Below, in pieces: positions 41,401 to 50,918 of a DNA stretch of 64,000 nt (position 1 is its first letter; each line of letters opens with the position of its first letter). The notes beneath the pieces were generated by a model. That model saw nothing but the letters and a program-made list of their open reading frames with translations. It ran no database searches and was not told where the DNA came from. A program made the position numbers and the translations under genes. Source of the DNA: an uncultured Acidobacteriota bacterium (GTDB lineage: Bacteria > Acidobacteriota > Terriglobia > UBA7540); NCBI GenBank assembly GCA_963804995.1, contig CAWDSK010000006.1, forward strand, positions 1,952,001-2,016,000, given 5' to 3'.

Positions 41401-41453
41401 AGCGGGCCGACCGGTCGGCCAGGTCTGGGGTTCGAGTCCCCACGGGCCTACCA
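41391..41453 (+). repeat. Pseudo-tRNA 3' portion with perfect 16-bp palindrome in place of the anticodon arm
   Basis: gcccggttagagcg-GGCCGACCGGTCGGCC-aggtctggggttcgagtccccacgggcctacca. Confidence 0.9.
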
Positions 41454-41772
41454 TTACTTTCAACAATCTAGCAATCTCGCTTGCCTTTCGCGTTGCTCCA
41501 CATTCCTTCAATAAGTGCCTAAGTTCTTGCATCCACTGACCCACCTTGGCCACAACGACCCCACGCGCCAGAGGAACTCCCAACAATCCGGTCCTGAGTT
41601 GCGATGCGTTCGCCTGAGACAACCACGCTGGTAACATTGGCGCATATTTGAGCCCTCCCTGGGCAGGATGCCAGAGGAACGTACCAACCCGCCAATTGAC
41701 TAACACCGGGGAGCCGCCGTATGATCTTGAGAATTCCCAATTTGGAGATTGTCTCCGGAGGTTGTAGCACAT

Positions 41773-42129
41773 ATGGGCGTGCGGAAGCTGAAACCCAAAC
41801 CTGGAATTAATCTCCCCCCGATCAGCAAAGCGAAACTGGAGGAGCTGATTGAGGAAGCAACGGTAGACGCTTACAACGAAGAGGAACAGACGGTCGGGTT
41901 CCTTACGATGATGCAGGAGCACTTGGCGCTCCCTTTTTCGGTGAACCTTCTCGGTATTGATGCTGTGGTAGAGAAGATCGATATGACCCGGGATGGCTGG
42001 ATTGTGGCGATCTGCCGCCGGGGCGAAGTCCGACAGAAGATAGGAATCCTCGATCTGCCACTGCCAACGCCCGCACCAGAAGGCACGGAATGGATCGCAG
42101 CATATCATCACTGGCGCAGAGGGTTTTAG
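41773..42129 (+). CDS. Hypothetical protein (CcbP-like calcium-binding family)
   Basis: LIEEATVDAYNEEEQ..GF...EHLALPF...EWIAAY; family recognised from memory only. Confidence 0.6.
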   Translation: MGVRKLKPKPGINLPPISKAKLEELIEEATVDAYNEEEQTVGFLTMMQEHLALPFSVNLLGIDAVVEKIDMTRDGWIVAICRRGEVRQKIGILDLPLPTPAPEGTEWIAAYHHWRRGF

Positions 42130-43272
42130 ATGAGCGAATACCAGTATTACGACTTCCGGGCGATAGATCAGGCGCTGACCAAGGCTGACATCGCTGCCCT
42201 GCGATCCATTTCCACGCGCGCCATAATCACTTCGACGAGTTTTACGAATCACTACGAGTGGGGAGACCTAAAGGCCGATCCCCTCAAACTTCTGGAAAAG
42301 TACTTCGACGCGTTTGTTTACGTCGCGAATTGGGGGACGCGAGAGTTCTATCTTCGACTTCCACGGGAGTTGGCCGACTACGGACAGCTCAAAGCTATGC
42401 TTCCCGGCGACGCCGCCCGTGTGCAAAGAGTTGGAAAACACCTGATCGTCGGTTTTGAAGCGCAGTCGGAGATGGATGACTGGGATGATGGCACCGGCTG
42501 GATGGGTTCTCTGCTGTCTCTGCGCTCGGACCTGCTGCGTGGCGACCGCCGCTGTCTTTATCTCGGATGGCTCCTGTGCGTGCAATGTGATGAATTCTCT
42601 GAAGAGGAACTGGAGCCTCCGGTGCCTCCCGGCTTGGGCCAATTGTCGGCTCCTCTCCATTCACTGATCGAGTTTCTTGGAATCGACGAGGACCTTGTCG
42701 AAGTTGCCGCATCGGCTTCAGCGCCGCTGAGCGCTGCCCCGAGCCGGAAGGAATTGGCGGAGTGGATTCAAAATCTACCCGAAAAGGAAAAGAACGATTT
42801 GCTTCTAACCGCTGCGTTGGAATCCGGTGAACGCGGGAAAATCGAATTTCTGCGGCGCTTTCAGCAACAAAATGCAGCACGAACCTTGGACGCACACGCC
42901 GCAATTAAACCCCGTACAGTCCACGATCTTGTAACTGCGGCCAAGACACGCGCAGAAGAGAGAACCCGCCGATTGGAAGCCAAGCGGGCAGCGGAAGCAG
43001 CGCGACAGAAAGCGAAGGACGAGGCCGACCGCGCACGCTATCTGGATCAACTGGAGAAAAGCGAAGGAGAGACTTGGAATCGCATCACGGCACACATCCA
43101 GAAGCGGCAACCGAACGAATATGACAAGGCGGTCAGCTTACTGATCGACCTGCGCGATCTTGCCGTCCGCAAGCAACGTGTTTCTGAATTTCAGTCAGCG
43201 CTGGAGGAACTCCGCCATGCGCACGCCGCCAAGCACAGTTTTCTACGCCGGCTGGAGAAGGCAGAGTTTTGA
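42130..43272 (+). CDS. Conserved hypothetical protein
   Basis: MSEYQYYDFRAID..LT, FDAFVYVANWGTR, YLGWL; abuts the upstream gene. Confidence 0.8.
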   Translation: MSEYQYYDFRAIDQALTKADIAALRSISTRAIITSTSFTNHYEWGDLKADPLKLLEKYFDAFVYVANWGTREFYLRLPRELADYGQLKAMLPGDAARVQRVGKHLIVGFEAQSEMDDWDDGTGWMGSLLSLRSDLLRGDRRCLYLGWLLCVQCDEFSEEELEPPVPPGLGQLSAPLHSLIEFLGIDEDLVEVAASASAPLSAAPSRKELAEWIQNLPEKEKNDLLLTAALESGERGKIEFLRRFQQQNAARTLDAHAAIKPRTVHDLVTAAKTRAEERTRRLEAKRAAEAARQKAKDEADRARYLDQLEKSEGETWNRITAHIQKRQPNEYDKAVSLLIDLRDLAVRKQRVSEFQSALEELRHAHAAKHSFLRRLEKAEF

Positions 43273-43643
43273 TGAGACTGTTGGCAAGTGGTCATATAGC
43301 CAAAGGTCCGAATAATTCCGCCACCGAAAGCGGTGCGTCAATAGGTTTGCCCTTGCTTTTTGTTCCGATGAGGCGTACGGGGTTGAAGTTGAAACGTCTG
43401 GCTGGGTGGTTCAATTTAAAGTAGGGGCCTCATTAGGCCGCAATTTGGTGGGGCAAGCTCGCCGCTACTGCATCAAATTAACCCATCACCGACGATGGGT
43501 GCCATTTCAAGGAGCGCGGAGAGGAGCAGTTAGTTGTTATGAGTTGTGTGTAATGAGGTAGGAATTAGGTTTCAGGTGTTTGGTGTCAACTTTCAACTTT
43601 GAACTCTTAACTTTCAACTCTTAACTGTCACCCCGCCCCCGCC

Positions 43644-44471
43644 TCAGGCGGCAAAAGATTTGGGGAAGTCCTGATCCACAGGGGCGACAGATTCCTGCAA
43701 CAGGTTCTCGATGCGGCTGCGCCAGCCATTCATAACCTTTTGGACCGAAGTGTGGTCTCCCCGCAATTCCCAGTACTGGAGCCTCAGAGAGAGGCGCTTG
43801 TTCCGCACCTTCATCACAAAGGTGTCCCGATCGATATGCCACTCCCCCTCCGTGTAGAGCGAGGAGAGTCGCAGATAGGCGTTCGCATAAAGCTGCAAGC
43901 GCTTCAGGATTTCGGGGGCCAACCGGTCCGCGGTATCCGCCAGGGAGCGGCCCTCAAACACCATGGCCACCACGGCTTCGTAAACGTTGGCGTAATCCGT
44001 CAGTGCCCCGCGCCGGAAGAACGACAGAGGCGAGCTGAATTCCACCAGCACTTCGGAATCCCACAGCCGCGCAAGAAGCGCCGCTTCGAGGTAAGCAAGA
44101 TCAACAAAAGCCGTGGCGTGAGCGGCGCCGGCCGCGATTTCTTGTCCTCGAGCTCCCATCCAATCGCGATAGTCCGTCGCAAGAGTCAGAGCAAACTCCT
44201 GGAGTTGCTCTAAGACCAAGCGCACGCCCCTCCCCATCCCGGGGACTTGGGCCATCGCCGCCCGGACTTCGAGATCGACCAGATCCTTACGAACTTCATC
44301 GCTGTAAATCGCCGGAACAACCACCGCGTGAACACCCGGTTCGATTTCCAACTGACTTACGCGCCGGGTGCTGTAGCTCAAGTCGAGCAGATCTGACCAG
44401 CGTTCGCGTACCGTGGCATTCGAGGTATGGGGGAGCAGGGAGCGCATGGCGAGATTTGTGGGTTCAATCAT
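43644..44471 (-). CDS. Hypothetical protein
   Basis: 275-aa ORF with GGAG RBS; possible sigma54 site TGGCAGTTGCCATGCA at 44487-44502. Confidence 0.7.
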   Translation of the reverse strand: MIEPTNLAMRSLLPHTSNATVRERWSDLLDLSYSTRRVSQLEIEPGVHAVVVPAIYSDEVRKDLVDLEVRAAMAQVPGMGRGVRLVLEQLQEFALTLATDYRDWMGARGQEIAAGAAHATAFVDLAYLEAALLARLWDSEVLVEFSSPLSFFRRGALTDYANVYEAVVAMVFEGRSLADTADRLAPEILKRLQLYANAYLRLSSLYTEGEWHIDRDTFVMKVRNKRLSLRLQYWELRGDHTSVQKVMNGWRSRIENLLQESVAPVDQDFPKSFAA

Positions 44472-44821
44472 TTCGCTCCACTTGCTTGCATGGCAACTGC
44501 CATCCGGATTGCAGGCCTCACGAGCTATCTAGCTTGACCTCATGAAGATAGCCGAAGCGTAGAAATCGGCAGCAGGCAGGGTCGAAAGAATCGTGGGTTA
44601 AACCACGCAGAAGGGGGATTGTCGCTGCAAAAATCTTGATCTGAGGCAGAAACTTAGATTCTTTGCTAACCCGTATTTCTCATTACGTCAGGATGGGGCT
44701 GCCGGAAGAACACGCCTAGATAAAGATGCCCCACTGCGGATAACCACCCCGACACCCAGCGCGCCACCCACGGTAACCACCCCGGCGCTCGGAGCGCCAC
44801 GGGAATCAGGAGGGGAGTTGT

Positions 44822-45355
44822 TTAAGAACTCCACTCCTCAGATGAGGAGGGGTGGCGCGCCGAGCCCCGATAGCGCGTTCTTTCCAAATTGATCATCGGG
44901 GCCGAGCGCCGGGGTGGTGCTGAGGAGTCATGAGCAACGTCTTTGCTGAGAAAACACACAAGATTCGCGAAAGCTCGCACGGAAGCTTTGTTACCCAGTT
45001 TGACCCGCACCCGCCCTCCGCTTTCGGCAGCCGCCTGCACGGCTTTCTTCATGACAATCCCGACGCGTCGTGAATCCAAAATCCGCTCACGCTCGGCGGG
45101 ATTGAGTTCAAGGCTGGCTTCAAGCAATCCCGGCACGATGTGGGCTACGAAGAGACAGGCATCCCCTACGCGATAATGCGGCGCCCATCCGAGCTCCGGC
45201 CCGAGGTAGTGAAGCTCTTCGATCAATCCCTCAATGTCGGCGACTTGGCGGCGCAGATCCTCAAACAGGATCGCGGCGTGGTCGCCCGCCAGCCGAGTAA
45301 GTTGTGCCCACTGCGGCGGACGCTTGGGATCGCAAAAGGGGTTTGTGTGGACCAT
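44822..45355 (-). CDS. Hypothetical protein (DUF3788-like)
   Basis: NPF.D..PP, HYLGPELGW..Y pattern; directly downstream of the M48 gene. Confidence 0.55.
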   Translation of the reverse strand: MVHTNPFCDPKRPPQWAQLTRLAGDHAAILFEDLRRQVADIEGLIEELHYLGPELGWAPHYRVGDACLFVAHIVPGLLEASLELNPAERERILDSRRVGIVMKKAVQAAAESGGRVRVKLGNKASVRAFANLVCFLSKDVAHDSSAPPRRSAPMINLERTRYRGSARHPSSSEEWSS

Positions 45356-45361
45356 GTGGAT

Positions 45362-46802
45362 TCACCGCTTCGGCAGGCTAATGCTTTGCACCATCTTGTC
45401 AAAGGTCGGGGCGTATCTTTCGAAGGCCCCCTCGGGCGCGATGAAGATCAGGGCCAGCACATAATCTCCCTGGCGAACCGTAACCAGATGATCTGTCTCT
45501 CTCTGTCCCTCGATGGGGGAAGCATTCTGCAACAGAGTGCTCATGGCGGGATTGCCTTGCAGGTTTATGCCGGTTTGTTGTAGGAGGTGCATTTGCGGAT
45601 TCGACTGCTGCATGGATTTCAGCAGATCCTGGGTGGCATCCACCAGTCCCCAATTCCCCTGTGGGGGCTGGTAGCGGCTGACCGCGGCGCCATACGCCTG
45701 CGCCGTCTCACCTTGGGACCCCGTCACCATGCCGCCGGGAGGAAATAGCTCCACGCCATCTTCGCTCTCCTGCACCTGCCAGTTATCAGGATAGTTAAGC
45801 GTAAATACCTTGCCGTCGAAACCAATCAGATGCTCGGAGGGTAGGGGCGGGGGTTGCTGTGTGGCGCTGATTTTGGGCGTACCCGGCACCTTGGGCGGGG
45901 GAGCCATGGCCGACAAGCGTTGCTTGGCCGCCTCAAATTCCGGGCTGTCGGCCTTGGTTCCCCGCGATGGGCCCAAATGAGCGATCTCCGCGTCCACGTC
46001 CTTAATGCGGTTTTCGGGATTGGGATGATCGGAGAAAAACTGCACGGTGCGCTGCGGATACTTGCGCTCAATAACCTGGAAGAACTGCACCAGGGCATGC
46101 GGGTCGTATCCCGACAAGTAGAGAATGTAAGTTCCTACCTCGTCCGCTTGCGTTTCCGCCGTGCGTGAGTTTTTCAGGAGCAGCGAATTTAGTCCCAGGC
46201 CGATGCCCAGTTGCGCCAGTTGTCCTGTGAGGCTGCCGCCCTGGCCCAGAATGCCCCCCAAAATCGTCAAGGGCGCCTCTGCCAGCATGGTTTGCGAGGC
46301 CATGTGCGTGCCGTGGCGCATCACCACATGACCGGATTCGTGGGCCAGGGCGCCGGCCAATTGCGCTTCGTCCTCTGCGGCCTCAATCGTTCCGCGATTT
46401 ACGTAAATGTACCCTCCCGGCAGGGCGAAGGCATTGATCTCCAGGCTGTTCACGACCCTGAATTGCCAGACATATTCCGGATGATTGTTGGGCGCGTGGG
46501 CGACAAGTTTTTTGCCCAGGCTGTTGATGTATTGCAGGAACGTCAGGGTCGCTTACTAGCGGCATTTGCTTTTCTATCTTCTCCGAGGTTTCCTTCCCCA
46601 ACTGCACGTCCTGTTGGAGCGAGAAGAGGTTGAATCCGGGCTTGAATTGAAGCGCCTCAACTCCCCAAACGAGATTGGGCGCCAGGGCGAGACACACGAA
46701 AATCCCCGTCGCCACGAATTTCCGGGGCGCCGCGCGGGCCGTGAGGCAAGTCCTCTTTCCTCTTCCCCTCACCTTACTTGAACCTCCTCGGAGCCTGGCC
46801 AC
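45362..46802 (-). CDS. M48 family metallopeptidase, one frameshift near 46540 (start uncertain)
   Basis: FNLFSLQQDVQLG, INAFALPGG, LAHESGHV (HExxH), ETQAD, SDHP; one extra T in GACGTTCCTG. Confidence 0.85.
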
Positions 46803-47075
46803 TGCGAGTTGTTATCTCTGAATCCGCCTTGAGAACATTCTACACTCACTCTTGCGGTTTTGGGGATAGAGCGAAACGCCGCGTGGGTAGTGTCTCAGCC
46901 TGAGGACGTAGCGGCGAGTTTACCTCGCCATAGGGCGGCGTCCCGATCAAATCGGGATGAATGCCGCCGCCTCTACAGCAAACTGCGATACTACTGCCGC
47001 GTGAGGGTGTCGCCCAGGAACGAATCGAGAAGAAATTTCCTGAAACCATTTATGGGAACTGGATTCCCCCCCAAC

Positions 47076-47987
47076 TTACTTGGGCAAAAGAAACTTCCGG
47101 ACGGCTTCATTAAACTCCACGGGCTCTCCAATCATGGGGGTGTGCCCGGTACCCTCCAGCACCACAAGCTCGGAACCTGCAATGCCCCGGTTGAGTCGCT
47201 CACCAAACCGGAGCGGAATCAGCATGTCGTCCCGTCCCCAAATGAGCAACGTGGGGGCATGCACTTTCTCGAGTTTCTTGTCTTCAAATTCCTTGCCCGT
47301 GGCCATTTCCGCTACGCTGCTGGCGATAGTGTAGCTGTCCCCGTTCTCAACGTGCCGCTCAAAAGCATTGGTGCCCAGATCCGCCGTCACCCATTCCTTG
47401 TTGGCGGCCATGAAATCGAAAAACCCTCGCACGTTGAGAATGGATAGCGGCTTCAACCCGCCGGGCGGCTCCTTCAAGGGGGCTTCGGGACTCAATCCGG
47501 CAGCGTCCACCAGAACCAGTTTCTCCACCATCGGCTCGTGTCGAATTGCAAAATCCAGCGCAATCCAGCCGCCCAAGGAGTTCCCCACCAGGCTGGCGCG
47601 GGGAATCTTCAGCTCCTTCAGAAAACCGTGCAGGTACTTGTCAAAGTTCTCGACGGTGTATCGCATGATCGGCTTGTCAGATTGGCCGTAGCCAATCAGG
47701 TCAAGAGCGATGACGTGAAAGTCATGGGAAAGCGGGCCGACAGTGGCTGCCCAGTGCCGGGAATCCGCTCCCAGGCCGTGGATCAGGATTACGTCGCTTC
47801 CCTTCCCTGCCTCGTAATAGGCGAGTTTGTGCCCATGCACGACCACCGTCTGCCGCGGTGGCAACGGCCCCCCCTGGCACCAAGCCTGGGTGCTGAGAAT
47901 CATCAGGCATGCCAGCCACAAACAAACCCTGCATAATGACTCGGCGAAATAAGCTACTCGTTTACGCCCCATTGGAATAGACCCCAT
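47076..47987 (-). CDS. Alpha/beta hydrolase
   Basis: LIHGLG, DLIGYGQS, GNSLGG, GTGHTP. Confidence 0.9.
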   Translation of the reverse strand: MGSIPMGRKRVAYFAESLCRVCLWLACLMILSTQAWCQGGPLPPRQTVVVHGHKLAYYEAGKGSDVILIHGLGADSRHWAATVGPLSHDFHVIALDLIGYGQSDKPIMRYTVENFDKYLHGFLKELKIPRASLVGNSLGGWIALDFAIRHEPMVEKLVLVDAAGLSPEAPLKEPPGGLKPLSILNVRGFFDFMAANKEWVTADLGTNAFERHVENGDSYTIASSVAEMATGKEFEDKKLEKVHAPTLLIWGRDDMLIPLRFGERLNRGIAGSELVVLEGTGHTPMIGEPVEFNEAVRKFLLPK

Positions 47988-47991
47988 AAAA

Positions 47992-48228
47992 TCATATGCG
48001 TTTTACCAATTGACCCGCTGCGTCCACCCGGTCAAGAAGTCGGTACCGGGCGCCGCAAGTGGGGCAGCGAAGCTCCTCCGCGGCCCATAGCGACCCTCGT
48101 CCCACCACATTCACAAGCCCGAAGTGGCCATCAGGTGAACGATAAAACTCAAACATCAATTGCCCGCAGCGCGTGCAGAATTGCCGCCGGCGCACCACGT
48201 GTGCCTCTTCTGACATTGCACATGCCAT
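47992..48228 (-). CDS. Small zinc-ribbon hypothetical protein
   Basis: CTRC and CPTC pairs. Confidence 0.55.
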   Translation of the reverse strand: MACAMSEEAHVVRRRQFCTRCGQLMFEFYRSPDGHFGLVNVVGRGSLWAAEELRCPTCGARYRLLDRVDAAGQLVKRI

Positions 48229-48374
48229 CCTTCGACGCGAGCCAAGCCTACCTTCCGGAATGAGCGGAGTAGTATACCGGAAGTAAGGAGTCAGAAGTCA
48301 GGAGTCAGAAGTTAGCGTCAGGAGAAAGCACTCCCAAAGATTGTCGCTATCGATTCCGAGGACAGTCTTCATCG

Positions 48375-49163
48375 TTGAGAATGGATGGCCTCGTCGCCAA
48401 CCCTCTCACCCTCACTTACGATGAGATTCGAAAGCTGCCTCAAATCGAGAAGGAACTTACGCTTGAGTGCATTTCGAATCCCATCGGCGGCACTTTTATT
48501 GGCAATGCGCGCTGGACCGGTACAGCTCTGAAACCGCTGCTGGAACGCGCCAGCCCCGCGAAAAATGCGACCCAGGCCATCATCTACGCGGTCGACGGCC
48601 TTTCCACCGGACATCCCATCGAGCGCCTGTGGAACGACGAGAATTTGCTCGCCTACGGGATGAACGGTGAAGACCTGCCGCCGAACCACGGCTATCCCGT
48701 GCGCATTTTCATTCCTGGAAAATTCGGGATGAAGCAGCCCAAGTGGGTTACGCGGATTGAGCTGGTCGACCACGCCTATCTCGGCTACTGGGAAAAGCAA
48801 AGTTGGTCAGATGAGTGTGAACGTTGGGCGCAGGCACGCTTCAGTGACCTGAAAGACGGCGCGCGGCTTACGGGCAGTAATCTTGAATTGACGGGTTACG
48901 CCATCGGCAACCTGGATGGAATTAAAGCAGTTGAAATCAGCTTTGATGATGGCAAAACCTGGCAGGAGACAAACCTTTTTAGTAATCCCTCGCCCCTTAC
49001 GTGGGCGTTTTGGAAATACCTCTGGGTCAATCCCCTGCCGGGTAAATACCGCCTGCGCGTGCGTTCGATCGACGGCCAGGGCCGCGTGGAAGGCCCTGAC
49101 CCCACCGGCATCTTCCCCGACGGCGCCACCGGCCAACAGGCGCTGGATGTGACGGTGGCGTAG
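48375..49163 (+). CDS. Molybdopterin-dependent oxidoreductase (sulfite oxidase family), apparently N-terminally truncated
   Basis: TLECISNP, GNARWTG, MNGEDLP..HGYPVR..PG..G.K..KW, VEISFDDG. Confidence 0.75.
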   Translation: MRMDGLVANPLTLTYDEIRKLPQIEKELTLECISNPIGGTFIGNARWTGTALKPLLERASPAKNATQAIIYAVDGLSTGHPIERLWNDENLLAYGMNGEDLPPNHGYPVRIFIPGKFGMKQPKWVTRIELVDHAYLGYWEKQSWSDECERWAQARFSDLKDGARLTGSNLELTGYAIGNLDGIKAVEISFDDGKTWQETNLFSNPSPLTWAFWKYLWVNPLPGKYRLRVRSIDGQGRVEGPDPTGIFPDGATGQQALDVTVA

Positions 49164-49181
49164 CGCGTAATTCCAAATGCC

Positions 49182-49331
49182 CTATTTGCTCAGGTACTTT
49201 TCAGGGTTTTGATCGAACTTGGCTTTGCAGCCTTTGGCGCAGAAGTAGATGGTTTGGCCTTTGTATTCGCTGGTGGCAACGGCCTTCTCAGAATCAATCG
49301 TCATCTTACAAACCGGGTCTACGACTTTCAT
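49182..49331 (-). CDS. YHS domain protein (49 aa, below the ORF-track cutoff)
   Basis: MKVVDPVCKMTIDSEKAVATSEYKGQTIYFCAKGCKAKFDQNPEKYLSK; GAAGGA RBS. Confidence 0.9.
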   Translation of the reverse strand: MKVVDPVCKMTIDSEKAVATSEYKGQTIYFCAKGCKAKFDQNPEKYLSK

Positions 49332-49424
49332 ATTTTGTCCTTCGCAGATGGCTTATTGGAGACGGCAAGAACACGCGCCTCCCTGCCTCGCGCGCCCTGG
49401 AGCCACCCCAGGTCAAGGGGTGGG

Positions 49425-49695
49425 TTACAGGCCCAGAGCCAGGGCCCGCGCCGGAATCTTCCTTTTTTCCTGCTTAACCTGACACCTGGGGCAAACCAGG
49501 ATAATGCTGGCGACGCGTTCGCCTTCCACGCGCTCGAACATCCCAGCCCGTGCCCACTGCGTCCTCGACGCGCGGCAGGCGCACATCGCAGTACCAGCAG
49601 CGCCCCTTGCCCGTCGAGCAAATGGCGTGCAGCGCCGCGTGCACGTCCAGCCTGATCCGCTCGGGTGCTTTAACTGCGCTCAAACTCACCTCCAA
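49425..49695 (-). CDS. Small CxxC..CxxC protein, one frameshift near 49538
   Basis: CWYC in one frame, CPRC in the next; removing one base at GATGTTCGAG joins them. Confidence 0.45.
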
Positions 49696-49944
49696 AGCAT
49701 CTCGATCCGTTCCTAGACATCAGGTCGTGTCTGATTTTCGATCCCGCTCGCGTAAGAAACCCACAGTGCTGTGAAGATTTTCCGCATTCCCCTCGCCAGC
49801 AGATCTCTTGCCCTTATCGACCGCCCCAGCATTCAGAAGGGATTGGCCCGGCCAAGAAAATTTCCCGCCCTTTGATACCCCACCCACTCCCCAGGGTAAG
49901 CAAGCCGGTTGCCAAGGATCTCCTGCTGAGCCACCTAAGTCACG

Positions 49945-50586
49945 CCCCGCAGGGGCACCATATAGTAGCCGGGGGCAGCGCCCCCGGAAAACACGCGAAA
50001 CCAGATCCGACCCTGAAAGGGTCGCATAAAACCTCACGACCATATGTAGCGCTCGTCGTATTGAACGTTGTATTTCTTCAGCAGCGCCACGAGTTCCTGC
50101 TCGAATGAAATCTTCTTATGCCTTTCCTTCTGACCCGCAATGTAATTCTGCAAGGCTTCGACCTGTGATTGCCCGATTGTGAAAGCGCCGTACCCGTCCT
50201 GCCACCCGAAGGTCCGCAGCGCAGGGCTCTTGGTCTTGATCCATTTCGAGGAGCTCTTCTTGACCTCTTCCATCAAGCGGCTCAGGGCTATGGTCTTCGA
50301 CTGAGAGATTAAGAGATGAACGTGGTTGCTTGTTCCCCCAACGGCAAGACAAGGTGAATCCAGGTTCTTCGCCGTGCCGCCCATGTAAGCATAGAGTTCG
50401 GGCTCGACCTCGGAGTCGATCATGGGGCGCCGGTTCTTCGTCGAGAAGATAACATGTACCCGCAAGCATACGAGCGTCTGAGCCATGACCAGCACCTTGG
50501 CGGATGTGACCCCTTCAGGGTCAAGCCCCCATTGGGCCGTCTTCCGGGGGCGTTGCCCCCGGCTACTATATGAATCCCCTGCGGGG
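49945..50586 (-). mobile_element. IS200-type/RAYT-like element: tnpA flanked by inverted ~83-bp multi-hairpin repeats
   Basis: 49945-50027 and 50504-50586 are inverted homologues. Confidence 0.8.
50034..50486 (-). CDS. tnpA: IS200/IS605-family HUH (Y1) transposase
   Basis: HVIFSTKNR, NHVHLL (HUH), WQDGYGAF, YIAGQKERH. Confidence 0.9.
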   Translation of the reverse strand: MAQTLVCLRVHVIFSTKNRRPMIDSEVEPELYAYMGGTAKNLDSPCLAVGGTSNHVHLLISQSKTIALSRLMEEVKKSSSKWIKTKSPALRTFGWQDGYGAFTIGQSQVEALQNYIAGQKERHKKISFEQELVALLKKYNVQYDERYIWS

Positions 50587-50918
50587 ATTTCCAGGCGTCA
50601 CAACCCGCACGCTGGGACTCTCCAGGGTCTGCGCTGCCTAAGCTCGCCGCGAGGTCCTGGATTGACCTTGGCTTCGGTGGCCTGTCGCGACGCGCCTGAC
50701 GGGCCGGACCTCAGCGCCCACCCACCCTTCAATGCGGGCAGTCACAGCGTCATGATTAGCGGTTCCTTTGTCGGCGGAGCGTGCACCGTACTGTTCAAAA
50801 ACCTCGCTAGCCGGCCGCTTTCCCCAAACTTCGTATTTCATAACGTGCCTCACATCCGTGCAGCGCTCGCCCTAGGACCACCCGCCGGCACTTCACTGCT
50901 TACCGCCTACGTTCCACT

